Shown here in pieces: positions 18,660 to 28,717 of a stretch of 64,000 bases of DNA; within the stretch, counting starts at the first letter, position 1, and the number at the start of each line of letters is the position of its first letter. The notes beneath the pieces were generated by a model. The model did not search any database, was not told where the DNA came from, and was given only the letters and a program-made list of their open reading frames with translations. Source of the DNA: Candidatus Binatia bacterium (GTDB lineage Bacteria; Desulfobacterota; Binatia; Bin18); assembly GCA_963664395.2 (NCBI GenBank), contig OY761159.2:2496001-2560000 (forward strand), in the 5' to 3' direction. Position numbers and translations under genes: made by a program.

Positions 18660-19214
18660 ATGCCGGATGTGTCTGCTCTCACGCTGCTCTTGAGCCTGTG
18701 CTTTCTGGGCCTGAGTGCCGGCCTCATTTATCTCCTGGGCAAGGTTTTTCTGGGGGGATTCCGGGCTTCCTTTGGCGGCCTGTTTGAACGCGCGGCTTTT
18801 CGCCGCCAGAGTCTGCGCTGTCAGAGCGGAGATGAGTTGCTTGAACAAGGCGACCTCGCTGGGGCTGCCCAGGCGTTTGGGGGTGCATTTTTTCTCAAGC
18901 CCATTCGTCAAGATTCGTCATTGCTGACAGAAGTTGGGAAATACCATACCGGCTTACTCAATCGTCTGCTGACTGTTGCAGATGAAATGGACACCGGACG
19001 CCCCCGCCTGCCCTCCTTGGCTGACACGGACCGTTTACTTGCCTCGCGCCTTGAAATCCAGCTCGACTCCTTTCGGGAACGGAATGGAGAGGGCCGTCCG
19101 ATTCCTCCGATAGAGCCACGCCTTCAAGAGAACGAGCAGCAAATTCGGATTGCGGTTGACCACCTCCTGAGTGAGATTACCTCGTCCGGTCAAGAGCGAG
19201 TCGTGTATCATTAA
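18660..19214 (+). CDS. Hypothetical membrane-anchored protein
   Basis: N-terminal hydrophobic helix; upstream of two co-oriented genes. Confidence 0.6.
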   Translation: MPDVSALTLLLSLCFLGLSAGLIYLLGKVFLGGFRASFGGLFERAAFRRQSLRCQSGDELLEQGDLAGAAQAFGGAFFLKPIRQDSSLLTEVGKYHTGLLNRLLTVADEMDTGRPRLPSLADTDRLLASRLEIQLDSFRERNGEGRPIPPIEPRLQENEQQIRIAVDHLLSEITSSGQERVVYH

Positions 19215-19262
19215 AAGCCGAATCGGGCTGAGTCTGACGAAGCTGGCGCTTTGGGAGGGATC

Positions 19263-20477
19263 ATGTTTGACATCGACGCTGTACGCGCGGATTTTCCAGG
19301 AACGACTCAACAGGTCTATCTGAATTCCGCTGGGATTGGTTTGCCACCGCGGTCTGCAACCCGGGCCGTCCAACACGCCGCGACCCTGCTCGGCCAGGGA
19401 CCGGCTGAGATGGGGTACACCGCCTATTATCAGGCTTTAGGGACATCGAGCGTTCAGGCCAGACGGGCAGCCGCTCGGCTGATACGGGCTCAGCCCACGG
19501 AAATCGCCTTTACCGACGATACGACCATGGGGCTGAATATCGCCCTGGCCGCCGTTCCCTTTACTCCGGGTGACAATATTGTGCTGTGCGACTTGGAGTA
19601 TCCGCAAGTGGCCATCAGCGCCGCCCACCCCCAAAAGCATCAGGCAGTTGAAGTCCGGGTGGCGCGTCATCGTGAGGGTAGTATTGGTGTTGATGATTAT
19701 GCAAGCTTGATGGATAAAAACACTCGCGCGATTGTCGTCAGCTCGGTGCAATGGATCAATGGCTTGCGCATGGATCTGGCCGCGTTTTCACAGTTGGCTG
19801 AAGAACGGAGTTGTTTTCTGGTGGTGGACGCCATTCAGCAGTTGGGTGCAATTCCGCTTGATGTCTCAAACCTCCGCGTCGACTTTCTGGCCGCGGGTGC
19901 ACAGAAATGGCTGAACGCGCCGTTTAACATTGGGCTCTTATACATCCGTTCAGGAGTCCAAGAGCAGGTCGAACCGGGATTGGCCCATGGTCTGTTCGCG
20001 CTTGCCGAGCCGCAAGAAGGATGGGTTCGCTATCTTGGCGACCCAGGGCTGACGCCCTTCCTGTCTCTTCCCTTCGCCGCCGACGCCCGCCGTTTTGAGG
20101 TCCATGGCATGCCAAAAAATCTTGGCACCGCAGGCCTGGCAGAGTCGCTGGCCTATGTGAATGAACTCGACACCGCAGCAGTGACCGAACATATTATGTC
20201 GCTGGGTGACTTCCTCATAGAAGAGCTGAAGCGCCGGGACATCAAAGTCTGGACCCAAGAGGCGCATGCGCTTCGGTCGGGCATTGTCACCTGTGAACCT
20301 TTTCCGGATGCAGAACGGGTCCACCAGCTTGATCGCGCTTTAGGAGCCCGGAAAATTTATCCGACCGTTCGGTATTGCTCCGGCGTCGGCGGGCTTCGGA
20401 TCTCGATTCATTACTATACGAGTCGGGAGGATCTCGAATCGCTGTTGGCTGGCCTAGATGAGCAGATGAGCAGATGA
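19263..20477 (+). CDS. Class V PLP-dependent aminotransferase (desulfurase/lyase-like)
   Basis: VYLNSAG, VVDAIQQLG, AGAQKWL, LRISIHYY. Confidence 0.85.
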   Translation: MFDIDAVRADFPGTTQQVYLNSAGIGLPPRSATRAVQHAATLLGQGPAEMGYTAYYQALGTSSVQARRAAARLIRAQPTEIAFTDDTTMGLNIALAAVPFTPGDNIVLCDLEYPQVAISAAHPQKHQAVEVRVARHREGSIGVDDYASLMDKNTRAIVVSSVQWINGLRMDLAAFSQLAEERSCFLVVDAIQQLGAIPLDVSNLRVDFLAAGAQKWLNAPFNIGLLYIRSGVQEQVEPGLAHGLFALAEPQEGWVRYLGDPGLTPFLSLPFAADARRFEVHGMPKNLGTAGLAESLAYVNELDTAAVTEHIMSLGDFLIEELKRRDIKVWTQEAHALRSGIVTCEPFPDAERVHQLDRALGARKIYPTVRYCSGVGGLRISIHYYTSREDLESLLAGLDEQMSR

Positions 20478-21178
20478 AGAAGGCCGTATTCTTCGATGCC
20501 GCGGGTACGCTGTTCCGGGTGCATGGCTCGGTGGGTGAGGGGTACGCCCGTCTGGCCCACGAGTATGGCAAAGACGTCACCGTACAAGAGCTTGAAGCCG
20601 GCTTTCGGCGCTGCTTTGCCACCGCTCCACCCATGGCCTTTCCCGGTGTGGCAGTCGAACATATTCCACCCCTTGAGAAAGCGTGGTGGCACGAGGTAGT
20701 CCAACAGGTCTTTGCCCCGCTCGGTCCATTTCCTCGCTTTGAAGCGTATTTCAACGCCCTGTATGATTTCTTTGCTGAACCGCGGGCGTGGCAGGTATAC
20801 CCGGAAACTCGACCCACGTTGACGGCATTGCACGGGCGTAGTTATCAGCTCGGCGTGATTTCAAATTTTGACTCTCGTTTGTTCGGCTTGCTCGACGGAC
20901 TGGACATCGGCCACTTCTTCGACCCTATAGTCGCCTCGACTCACGCGGGAGCGGCCAAGCCTGAGCCCTCTATCTTTCAGCACGCGCTCTCTGCCCACGG
21001 TCTGAAACCTCAAGAAGCCCTGCATATTGGTGACAGCTATGACATGGATGTTGTTGGGGCGCGGAATGCCGGCTTGACACCTGTGCTGATTAATCGTTCT
21101 GATCGTACGCAGAGCCCGAAAGACTGCCTCGTCGTCAGTCGTTTGGACGGGCTGCTCAAGGTGCTTGAGTCCCTATAG
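20474..21178 (+). CDS. HAD-IA hydrolase (REG-2-like)
   Basis: FFDAAGTL, ISNFD, KP...IF, HIGDS..MD. Confidence 0.9.
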   Translation: MKKAVFFDAAGTLFRVHGSVGEGYARLAHEYGKDVTVQELEAGFRRCFATAPPMAFPGVAVEHIPPLEKAWWHEVVQQVFAPLGPFPRFEAYFNALYDFFAEPRAWQVYPETRPTLTALHGRSYQLGVISNFDSRLFGLLDGLDIGHFFDPIVASTHAGAAKPEPSIFQHALSAHGLKPQEALHIGDSYDMDVVGARNAGLTPVLINRSDRTQSPKDCLVVSRLDGLLKVLESL

Positions 21179-21219
21179 GGACAGCCTACTGCCCCCGAGC
21201 GTATCAGCGTCCTTGGCGT

Positions 21220-22431
21220 TTACACCGCCGCCTTGTCTCGCAAGCGGGCGATATCTTCCCACGAATAGCCGGCTTCAAGCAAAATCTCTTCGCTATGCTG
21301 GCCGAGTTCAGGCGGAGGGTTAGAGGTATCCAACGGCGTCTCACTCAGCGTAATGGGCGTGCCGGCGACGCGGACCGTCCCAATCTGAGGATGCTCCATC
21401 TCGGTAATATAGCCGTTTGCCAAGGCTTGCTCGCTGTTTAGAATGTCCTGATAATCCTGGACCGGGGTGGCGAGAATATCGACACCGGTCAAAATCTCCA
21501 TCCATTCGTCAGTCGTTTTGGTGGGAAAGACTGCATCCAAGAGCTGCTCGATTTTGATACCGTGAAAATTACGAATCACGTTGTCACTGTATTCGGGCTC
21601 AGACAGCACGTGCTCAATCCCCATCGCTCGGCAGAAGTCCGGCCAGCGTTTGTCGTCAACCCCAGCCAAACACAGCCAGCCGTCTTTGGTCGGAAACGAC
21701 CCCCACACGCCTTGCAGAAATTGATGTCCCCGACCGGCCTTGCGCGTCTCAACGCCACTGACTGAGGTGAAGTTAATTTCCATCGGCTGCAGAGCGATGA
21801 CGGTGCCATAGATGCAGGCATCGACTTTTTGGCCTGTGCCGGTTTTCTCGCGGGCATACAACGCGGCCAGAATGCCGCTCATCAGCATAAACGCCCCAGA
21901 GTGATCGGCGACCAGGGCTCCGCAGGGGAGCGGGCGATCGTCCGGCATCCCGTTTTTTGCCATGATACCGCCCGCGGCTTGGGCGAGCGTGTCCCGGCTC
22001 GGTCGTGTCACCCACGGCCCTTGGGGCCCCCATGACGACCCCAGGGCATAGATGAGACGTGGATTGCGTTTTGACAAGGCTTCATAGCCAAAGCCGAGTC
22101 GGTCCAGGACTCCGGGCCGATAGTTACTCAGCAGGACATCGGCGGAGTCAAGCAGACGAGCCAGAATCTCTTTCGCTTCCGGCGTTTTCAAATCAAGCGT
22201 GAGGCTGCGTTTGCCTCGGTTCATTGCCAGGAAGTAGGGGCTGAAATTCGCATTGTGCGCTTCCGCTCCAGCGACAAGCTGGACAACCAGAAAACGACTC
22301 AAATCCCCCACATCCCGCATTTCAATTTTAATGACGTCCGCGCCCATGTCAGCCAAAAACAAACCGGCGTATGGCCCCTGGATTTCCTGGGCGATCTCAA
22401 TCACGCTGACTCCGTCGAGTGGTCCGGGCAT
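21220..22431 (-). CDS. Class III CoA-transferase (CaiB/BaiF)
   Basis: GPLDGVSV, LADMGADVIKIE, NRGKRSLTLDLK, PPELGQHS. Confidence 0.92.
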   Translation of the reverse strand: MPGPLDGVSVIEIAQEIQGPYAGLFLADMGADVIKIEMRDVGDLSRFLVVQLVAGAEAHNANFSPYFLAMNRGKRSLTLDLKTPEAKEILARLLDSADVLLSNYRPGVLDRLGFGYEALSKRNPRLIYALGSSWGPQGPWVTRPSRDTLAQAAGGIMAKNGMPDDRPLPCGALVADHSGAFMLMSGILAALYAREKTGTGQKVDACIYGTVIALQPMEINFTSVSGVETRKAGRGHQFLQGVWGSFPTKDGWLCLAGVDDKRWPDFCRAMGIEHVLSEPEYSDNVIRNFHGIKIEQLLDAVFPTKTTDEWMEILTGVDILATPVQDYQDILNSEQALANGYITEMEHPQIGTVRVAGTPITLSETPLDTSNPPPELGQHSEEILLEAGYSWEDIARLRDKAAV

Positions 22432-22572
22432 AGAGTCCTCCCTTTTTCTTGTCGTGCCGAATTGAGCCGCTTGTACGGCAGGCTCTCACCAGCGTCAAGC
22501 CGCCTCTACAAGCGCTGAGCCTGCTCAGCTATAACAACGGCATATTCCATATCCAAAAAAGGAGGGCCGCTG

Positions 22573-23511
22573 ATGCCTGGACGCGAAGCCATACCAAAAG
22601 TCTCAAACTGGGGTCGGTGGGGAACAGACGATGAAAAGGGGACGGCCAATTTCATTACGCCGGAGGTGATTGTCGCCGCGGCCAGACTGGTCCGCAAGGG
22701 GCAGGTCTTCTGCTGTTGCATTCCGATTGACCAGAACGGTCCGGTCTTTCCCACCCGTACGCCACCCCAGCGATTCATGTCGATTCTCAACGTGCCGGTC
22801 AAAGAAATCGGCCTGGCCGGCTCGGCGATTGCCAACGACGACTACATCACCATGTACCTGCAAGGCTCGACCCAATGGGACAGCCTGGCCCACGTGGGCT
22901 ACGACGGCAAGTATTACAACGACGTGCCGGCCAGCGCCATTACGGCCCACGGCGGGGCGTCCAAGAACGACATTGGCAAGCTGTACCAGTCGTTTGTCAC
23001 CCGAGGGGTGTTGCTCGACATGGTGGGCTACAAAGGCTGCGAAGCTGACGGGCATCTCCCGTCTGACTATCCGATTACCATCGAAGACCTGGACGGCTGC
23101 TGCCAGGCCCAGAATGTCGAAGTCAGAAGTGGGGACGCGCTGTGCGTGCGCACCGGCTGGGTGCCGTATTGGTATACGCTCCAAACACCGGAACAGAAGG
23201 CAGCATACTTCCACGCCCAGCCAGGGGTTTCGGTCTCAACCGCCGAATGGATACATCAGAAAGAAGTCGCCTGCATTGCCGTGGATAATATTGCCGTCGA
23301 ACGCCTGCCGTCCGAGGTGGATGACGAATTCATTCCCTTTCATCAGGTCGCCACCCGAGACCTCGGTCTCTCGCTGGGTGAAATTTTTACGTTTGAAGCC
23401 CTGGCCAAAGACTGCGCCGACGACGGCGTATACGAATTCCTGTGGGTCGCCCCGCCGCTCAACATCCCCAATGCGGTCGGCAGCCCGCTGAACCCGTTGG
23501 CGGTGAAGTAA
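22573..23511 (+). CDS. Cyclase/kynurenine formamidase-like metal hydrolase
   Basis: SNWGRWG.DDE.GT.N, STQWDSLAH, RGVLLD, GSPLNPLAV. Confidence 0.88.
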   Translation: MPGREAIPKVSNWGRWGTDDEKGTANFITPEVIVAAARLVRKGQVFCCCIPIDQNGPVFPTRTPPQRFMSILNVPVKEIGLAGSAIANDDYITMYLQGSTQWDSLAHVGYDGKYYNDVPASAITAHGGASKNDIGKLYQSFVTRGVLLDMVGYKGCEADGHLPSDYPITIEDLDGCCQAQNVEVRSGDALCVRTGWVPYWYTLQTPEQKAAYFHAQPGVSVSTAEWIHQKEVACIAVDNIAVERLPSEVDDEFIPFHQVATRDLGLSLGEIFTFEALAKDCADDGVYEFLWVAPPLNIPNAVGSPLNPLAVK

Positions 23512-23561
23512 CTAACACACAGGCGGGCGTGACGCCCGCCCGGAGACCCGCCGAGGCGTCG

Positions 23562-24362
23562 TTACCAGGACAAAGCTTCGGGAACGTCCGAAAACAAACC
23601 TCGCAGTTCATCGACGAGAGAACTCTGGCGCTGCATCTCACGCCATACCGTCGGATGGGCACTGGTCGTAATTGCGTCGGACAGTCTCATGAGGTCAGTT
23701 TCAGTCGCCCCATCGTCCCGGCGTTGGCGATACTCGGCGAGCCGGGCTCGATATGCGCCATAGGCTTCGTGCCGTGCCGCCAGCAACACGTCGCGATTGA
23801 GCTTCAGGGCGTCGATCGTGTAGCAGGCTCGCTGCTCGTCGATTCCGGACAAGTCCATACGAGGCAGAAAAACGAAAGTCCCCATAATGTCGAGGTCGAA
23901 GAATTCCAGCGGGTCCTCGTCACGCGGGTTGATCAAAGCCGGGGCGCCCGCTCTCGGCTTTCGGATCGGATGCCCGCGCCGACGGGTCACATTCACCAGG
24001 CGGCCGCTACTTATCACCGAGAAACGATTGAGCTTGCCGCCGTTACACCGTCCGCAGGCGAGCAGATAATTCTCCCATACAAAGACTCGCTCGGGGTAAA
24101 GATCTTTGGGTTTTATGTGCTCAACCTCGTCGCCAACCGAATCCTCGCAATAGCCACACCGCCGGGCGCCGGCGCACATGTCCGCGAGGCGCGTGCGAAC
24201 GGTTTTGAACACCCGATTTGTCCTACGGTTATAACGCTCGAAAAAACGCTTGCCAGCCGCCACTTGCTCGGGATAGGCGCCGGCGTGATCCACTTCGTAC
24301 TGATAGCCTCTCAAGCCCCGTGCCGTTGTCGCATCAAGGCCGGGATCGTCCAGATGCAACAT
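23562..24362 (-). CDS. HNH endonuclease (Septu PtuB-like)
   Basis: RCGYCE...EVEHIKPK..YP...F.WENYLLAC.RCN..K and LINP..EDP. Confidence 0.8.
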   Translation of the reverse strand: MLHLDDPGLDATTARGLRGYQYEVDHAGAYPEQVAAGKRFFERYNRRTNRVFKTVRTRLADMCAGARRCGYCEDSVGDEVEHIKPKDLYPERVFVWENYLLACGRCNGGKLNRFSVISSGRLVNVTRRRGHPIRKPRAGAPALINPRDEDPLEFFDLDIMGTFVFLPRMDLSGIDEQRACYTIDALKLNRDVLLAARHEAYGAYRARLAEYRQRRDDGATETDLMRLSDAITTSAHPTVWREMQRQSSLVDELRGLFSDVPEALSW

Positions 24363-24369
24363 TACACGC

Positions 24370-25668
24370 TCAATCAGCGGCCATATTGTTCGGGGTGCTC
24401 GGCATCGTTTCCCGTAGCTGCTCTAACTCGCGCTGTTCGCTGGATGACAGTGTCTGTCTCAGGCGCTTACGATTGAGCTGCGCAAGCTGCGTGAGCTTGG
24501 CCTTCGATTGTTCGGACCGAGTGACTTCTTCGCCGAACAGTTCCGTGCCGTAGGCGTCGAGTATATTGCCGTCGAGCAGACGGTTCAGATCAGGTCCAAT
24601 GACGCGCCGGGGTTGCTCCTCGGAGCCGGGTGCCGGCAGGAGCCAAACACTGCCACGGCGCGCGGCGCGACAGATGATCGGGCTGTGTGTGGTCACCAGG
24701 AATTGCATATTAGGAAAGCGATTGACGAACCAGTCACCGATGAGTTGCTGCCAGCCGGGATGCAGGTGAGCATCGATTTCGTCGATCGCTACTACACCGG
24801 GAAGTGTAATCGCTCCGGCCTTCATGTCGATTCCGCGCAGGGCCGTTTCAGTACCAAAAGCAGAGAATAGTAAACGCATCACCTCGAACGTCAAACTGAG
24901 AATCGAGCGGTAGCCGTCGCTCATCTCCTGAACGGCAACTTGGGAGCCAAAGCCGTCGACAATCTGTACCTGCTCCGATGTTACGCCGGAGATGCGGGCG
25001 CCGTGCGGCAACAGCTTGGCGCCATTGATGAAGTCTATCACTGCCCTCTGTATCTTCTTCGATTCAGCATCGCTTTCGAGCCTTTTGATCTGGAGGTCTC
25101 TCAACCAGCGGAGGCTCTCGCCTAGCGCTACATTCTCTCCGAACGCCGAGAGGTGAGGAGCCAGTCGAGGATGGGTAACGTAGAGGCGGTCCATCTCCGG
25201 GTCAGCGCCAGAGAAGCGGCGAAACGGCCCGAACGAACCGGAGAACCAGCCAACACCCTTCCCCCAAACGGTTCTCTCGGCGTACCGATAGGGGAAGAAC
25301 TCAATCGAAGCGTGACCTCCATTCCGTTTGCCACCGCCTGAGCTGGCATTGATTTGTGCCTTGGCATGAATTATGCCCTCGCCTCGCCTCCCCCGGCCCG
25401 CCCACCTGTCCTCGTCATGGGCACGCAGCCAGACATTAATCGACCCGAATTTCTTACCGTCCGTAAGCCAGCGAGACCAGTCCTCACGAGTGGCGTGTGC
25501 GTTCGACTGGCCCATGAGCGCCAGCGCGAGGGCGCGTACCACCGTCGATTTGCCGGCGCCGTTGTCACCCAGAATGACATGCCAGCCGGGCAATTCCCTT
25601 GGCCGTAGACGGAGATCGAATTCTCGTATCGAGCGAACGTTCCTAAGAATCAGCCGTTGAACGTGCAT
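24370..25668 (-). CDS. ABC/AAA_21-type ATPase (Septu PtuA-like)
   Basis: GDNGAGKST, MSDGYRS, VVAIDEIDAHLHP.WQ, QFLVTTHSP. Confidence 0.85.
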   Translation of the reverse strand: MHVQRLILRNVRSIREFDLRLRPRELPGWHVILGDNGAGKSTVVRALALALMGQSNAHATREDWSRWLTDGKKFGSINVWLRAHDEDRWAGRGRRGEGIIHAKAQINASSGGGKRNGGHASIEFFPYRYAERTVWGKGVGWFSGSFGPFRRFSGADPEMDRLYVTHPRLAPHLSAFGENVALGESLRWLRDLQIKRLESDAESKKIQRAVIDFINGAKLLPHGARISGVTSEQVQIVDGFGSQVAVQEMSDGYRSILSLTFEVMRLLFSAFGTETALRGIDMKAGAITLPGVVAIDEIDAHLHPGWQQLIGDWFVNRFPNMQFLVTTHSPIICRAARRGSVWLLPAPGSEEQPRRVIGPDLNRLLDGNILDAYGTELFGEEVTRSEQSKAKLTQLAQLNRKRLRQTLSSSEQRELEQLRETMPSTPNNMAAD

Positions 25669-26204
25669 GGGACCTTCTCGCAGATCGTATCCGAGGCATC
25701 CTGGCACGCAGGCGGGAGAGGGTCAACCTTTTCAACTTGATGCTATGCGACCAAGCGCAACGATGAGTTTCTGTGGGTCGCCCCGCCGCTCAATATCCCC
25801 AATGCGGTCTGAATCCATTAGCGGTGAAGTGAAGTAACGTGATCAGACCCTATATCGGCACCTTTGAGTTTGACTCCGAAAGAACGGAACAGTCATCAAC
25901 ACAAATGACGTGATTACGTTCTACGGTGTCTCCCCTCCGAAAGGAAAGAGAGATCGAATATCTGCCTTCTACCTCCGTGCTCGGGAAAGCTGGCGTTCCA
26001 GACAAGTCCTGAACTTCATCGGCGGCTTGCTTTGGAAGCGGCCCGCCGTCAGGTGATCATCGATACCTATATCCAGGAAATATTGGAGCCAGCGGGGCAT
26101 AGTGGACGACGTGAGAGGAGTGAGAGGAAAATGCAACCCGAGAGACGGAGATGAGGTAAAGCCTATTACCCAGTCTGATACCATCGACTTTTGTACGCCG
26201 CCTG

Positions 26205-26746
26205 CTTCTCCAACATGTTAATTCCAACCATCCATTCTAAATCTCTTCCGATGACGAGCTCAGTCATTGCCGCGTGGTGTGTATTTTTCATGGATATGGG
26301 CGCCATGAAACCATGCTTTCTCGCAAGCGCTCTGACTTCTTCCGCGGTCATACGTCATGATGAAGTCGCCTTTGATTTTTTCACAAGCCGCAAAAAGAGC
26401 CTCGTGGTCTACTTCAAAGTACGTATACAGACGGCTCTCTTACCACCAGCGGTATACGGCGGATCAATAAAAAACACGACCTCTTCATCATCTTTATATT
26501 TTTCCAATGTGCGACGTCTCCATGCTCGAAATACAATTTATCCGCATCAGGTGAATTGCTCGCAACAAGAGTGGCGTACCAGCCGCCTTTGCCCGATTCT
26601 CCTGCTTCAGAAAGTCCCGCGGCCAAAATTCCACCGTGGAACGTCCGATTTTTTATGATCGTTTGAAACGCTTTTTCTTTTGTCAGTCTTCTATCTGCAT
26701 TGCGTTGACAGCGTTTTCCTTCGACATCTCAAAGCGTAATATTCTT
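26205..26746 (-). pseudogene. Fragmented Dam-like (D12 class) N6-adenine methyltransferase
   Basis: Frame-shifted pieces: KAFQTIIKNRTFHGGILAAG, VVFFIDPPYTAGGKR, LYTYFEVDHE.LF, GDFIMTYD, MKNTHHA.MTELVIG. Confidence 0.75.
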
Positions 26747-26749
26747 GAG

Positions 26750-27105
26750 GCGCAGCCGTGCGATAGCGTTCTTCCAACGGCTGCGATGGGTGGTAAACAG
26801 ACCGTCTTGCCATGGACCGCCCGGACAGTGGGTTGACAGATAAAGAAGTGGGGCCGTCTGAGGCGAGGCGTTCCATCTTGGGAATGCGCTCGGACGCGAA
26901 GCTTCGAGCTTCTCTTCAGAGCCGACGCCAGAAGCCCATCGGGGTCGCCGCTCATCTGGGCACCGGATCTCCGGTCCGAATCTCAATGGCGTATTCGCGC
27001 ATGCGGGAGATGGCCATTTGGATAATCGTCGCCGCCAATGGCGCAAGAATACAGGCCATCAGAATGAGACCCAGCAAATCCTACCGCCGCCTTCATTCGT
27101 CATCA
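26750..27105 (-). pseudogene. htpX: Degenerate second copy of the htpX 3' half
   Basis: Aligns by eye to 27184-27502 with many small insertions. Confidence 0.75.
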
Positions 27106-27582
27106 TTTCGTTGGTACATCCGTCCGGAAGTCCTTGAATGATCTTATACAAATCGAAACCGTTACGATTCGTCCGGACATCGCCCGCAGCCGTGCGATAC
27201 GTTCTTCCAACGGTGGATGGGTGGTAAACAGACCGGCCATGGAGCGCCCGGACAGTGGGTTGACGATAAAGAAGTGGGCCGTCTGAGGCGAGGCGTCCAT
27301 GGGAATGCGCTCGGACGCGAAGCCGAGCTTCTCCAGAGCTGAAGCCAGGCCCTCGGGGTCGCCGCTCATCCGGGCACCGGCCCGGTCTGCGGCGTATTCG
27401 CGCGTGCGAGAGATCGCCATTTGGATAATCGTCGCCGCCAATGGCGCAAGAATGGCCATCAGAATGAGACCCAGCATGCCACCACCGCCTTCATCGTCAT
27501 CACTCCGGCTGAACCCGCCAAAAATGGCAGCCCACTGCGCCATGTTGGCAATCATCATGATGACCCCAGCCGAGGTGAGCAC
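27103..27582 (-). pseudogene. htpX: HtpX zinc protease, C-terminal half only
   Basis: [45 protein letters not shown]. The N-terminal half with HEXXH is absent (menA lies upstream). Confidence 0.85.
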
Positions 27583-27652
27583 TCGTTGGTCGTAAAATCG
27601 GCTCTGAGTATACGCTAAGTCTGCCCGGAGATGATGTCAATGTTCAGCGGTG

Positions 27653-28573
27653 CTACCCCACGAAGTGACTGATTAAGAGGCCAACAATCAGCAGGGCGCC
27701 GTATTCGAGGTGCAGCTTTGCCGTCTGCTCGTCTATACCGAGCAACTCGTCTTCGTGAAATACGCGTCGCACCGCCGGAATCGCCAGTCGAATGGACAGA
27801 AACGTCAGCAGAATCGACCACGGCGCATAGCCGGAAAAGACGAGGAGCCCAGTCAGGATGAACGCGCCATAGATCAGAGCCGCGAATTCCCAATTGGCCG
27901 CTCGCCGCCCAACCAGCGTCGCCAGCGTATTTTTGCCGTGGGAGGTGTCGGCCTCAATGTCGCGGATATTGTTGGCCTGTAAAATGGCGGCAACCAGACA
28001 GCCGACCGGCAGCGAGATCAGCACCGGAGCCAAGGCAAACACCTCACGCTGGACATAATAGGCACCAATAATAATCACCGTTCCCATGAAGACAAACACG
28101 GTGGCTTCGCCCAGCGCAATATAGGCGAGTGAGAGCGGCCTGGCAGTATAAAAATACCCGGCCAGCACGCTGGCGACACCCAGGGCGAGAATGGGCCAGC
28201 CACACAGCCCGACCAGTACCAGACCAAAGACGCTGCCAATGACAAAGGCGATAATCCCGCCCCAATACATTTCAGTGGGCGAGAGCAATTGGCGCGGCAG
28301 GACCTGACTGCCACTCTGGGATGCCAGCGTGTCCACGCCGCTTTGATGGTCGTAATAGTCGTTGACCATATTGGTCCCAATATGAATGAAGAGCGCGCCA
28401 CACAGCGCTATAAAAAAACGTCCCCAGGAAAAGGGTCCGTCCAGCGCGCCTAAGACCGACCCGATCACCACCGGCGTCACGGAAGCGGTGAACGAAAAGG
28501 GGCGAGAGGCTTCGATCCAGACTTTGAGGCGGCTGGGGGCCGGACCGCTCGGCAGGGCGTGCTCCATAGTCAT
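27653..28573 (-). CDS. menA: 1,4-dihydroxy-2-naphthoate prenyltransferase
   Basis: ASRPFSF, NMVNDYYDH..GVD, ANNIRDIE.D...GKNTLA. Confidence 0.88.
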   Translation of the reverse strand: MTMEHALPSGPAPSRLKVWIEASRPFSFTASVTPVVIGSVLGALDGPFSWGRFFIALCGALFIHIGTNMVNDYYDHQSGVDTLASQSGSQVLPRQLLSPTEMYWGGIIAFVIGSVFGLVLVGLCGWPILALGVASVLAGYFYTARPLSLAYIALGEATVFVFMGTVIIIGAYYVQREVFALAPVLISLPVGCLVAAILQANNIRDIEADTSHGKNTLATLVGRRAANWEFAALIYGAFILTGLLVFSGYAPWSILLTFLSIRLAIPAVRRVFHEDELLGIDEQTAKLHLEYGALLIVGLLISHFVG

Positions 28574-28717
28574 GTAGGTCTCCTTTCGCCCGCATTATGG
28601 CCCAGCCCCAGGGAAACAGTAAAGGGGAAAAAAGTGGCGCGAGTGTGGCCTCTCTTGCCTTTAACGGCCCAAACACGCTACACCCTCTCCGAGTGCGGCA
28701 GGCGTACAGGAGGAGCC

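Larger units (their letters stand above)
23434..25837 (+). repeat. Imperfect direct repeat of the cyclase 3' end (23434-23511 and 25765-25837) bracketing the ATPase/HNH cassette
   Basis: CTGTGGGTCGCCCCGCCGCTCAA(C/T)ATCCCCAATGCGGTC...GCGGTGAAGT occurs twice; differences are mostly synonymous plus a short deletion. Confidence 0.85.

Noticed and set aside
19263-20477. Class V PLP enzyme as sulfur donor for the PT system
   Set aside because: It lacks the IscS-type SACxSG loop, lies in a separate housekeeping-like operon, and a better candidate sits at 1-280.
23562-25760. Retron-associated PtuAB
   Set aside because: No reverse transcriptase (YADD/VTG motifs) or msr-msd is recognisable nearby.
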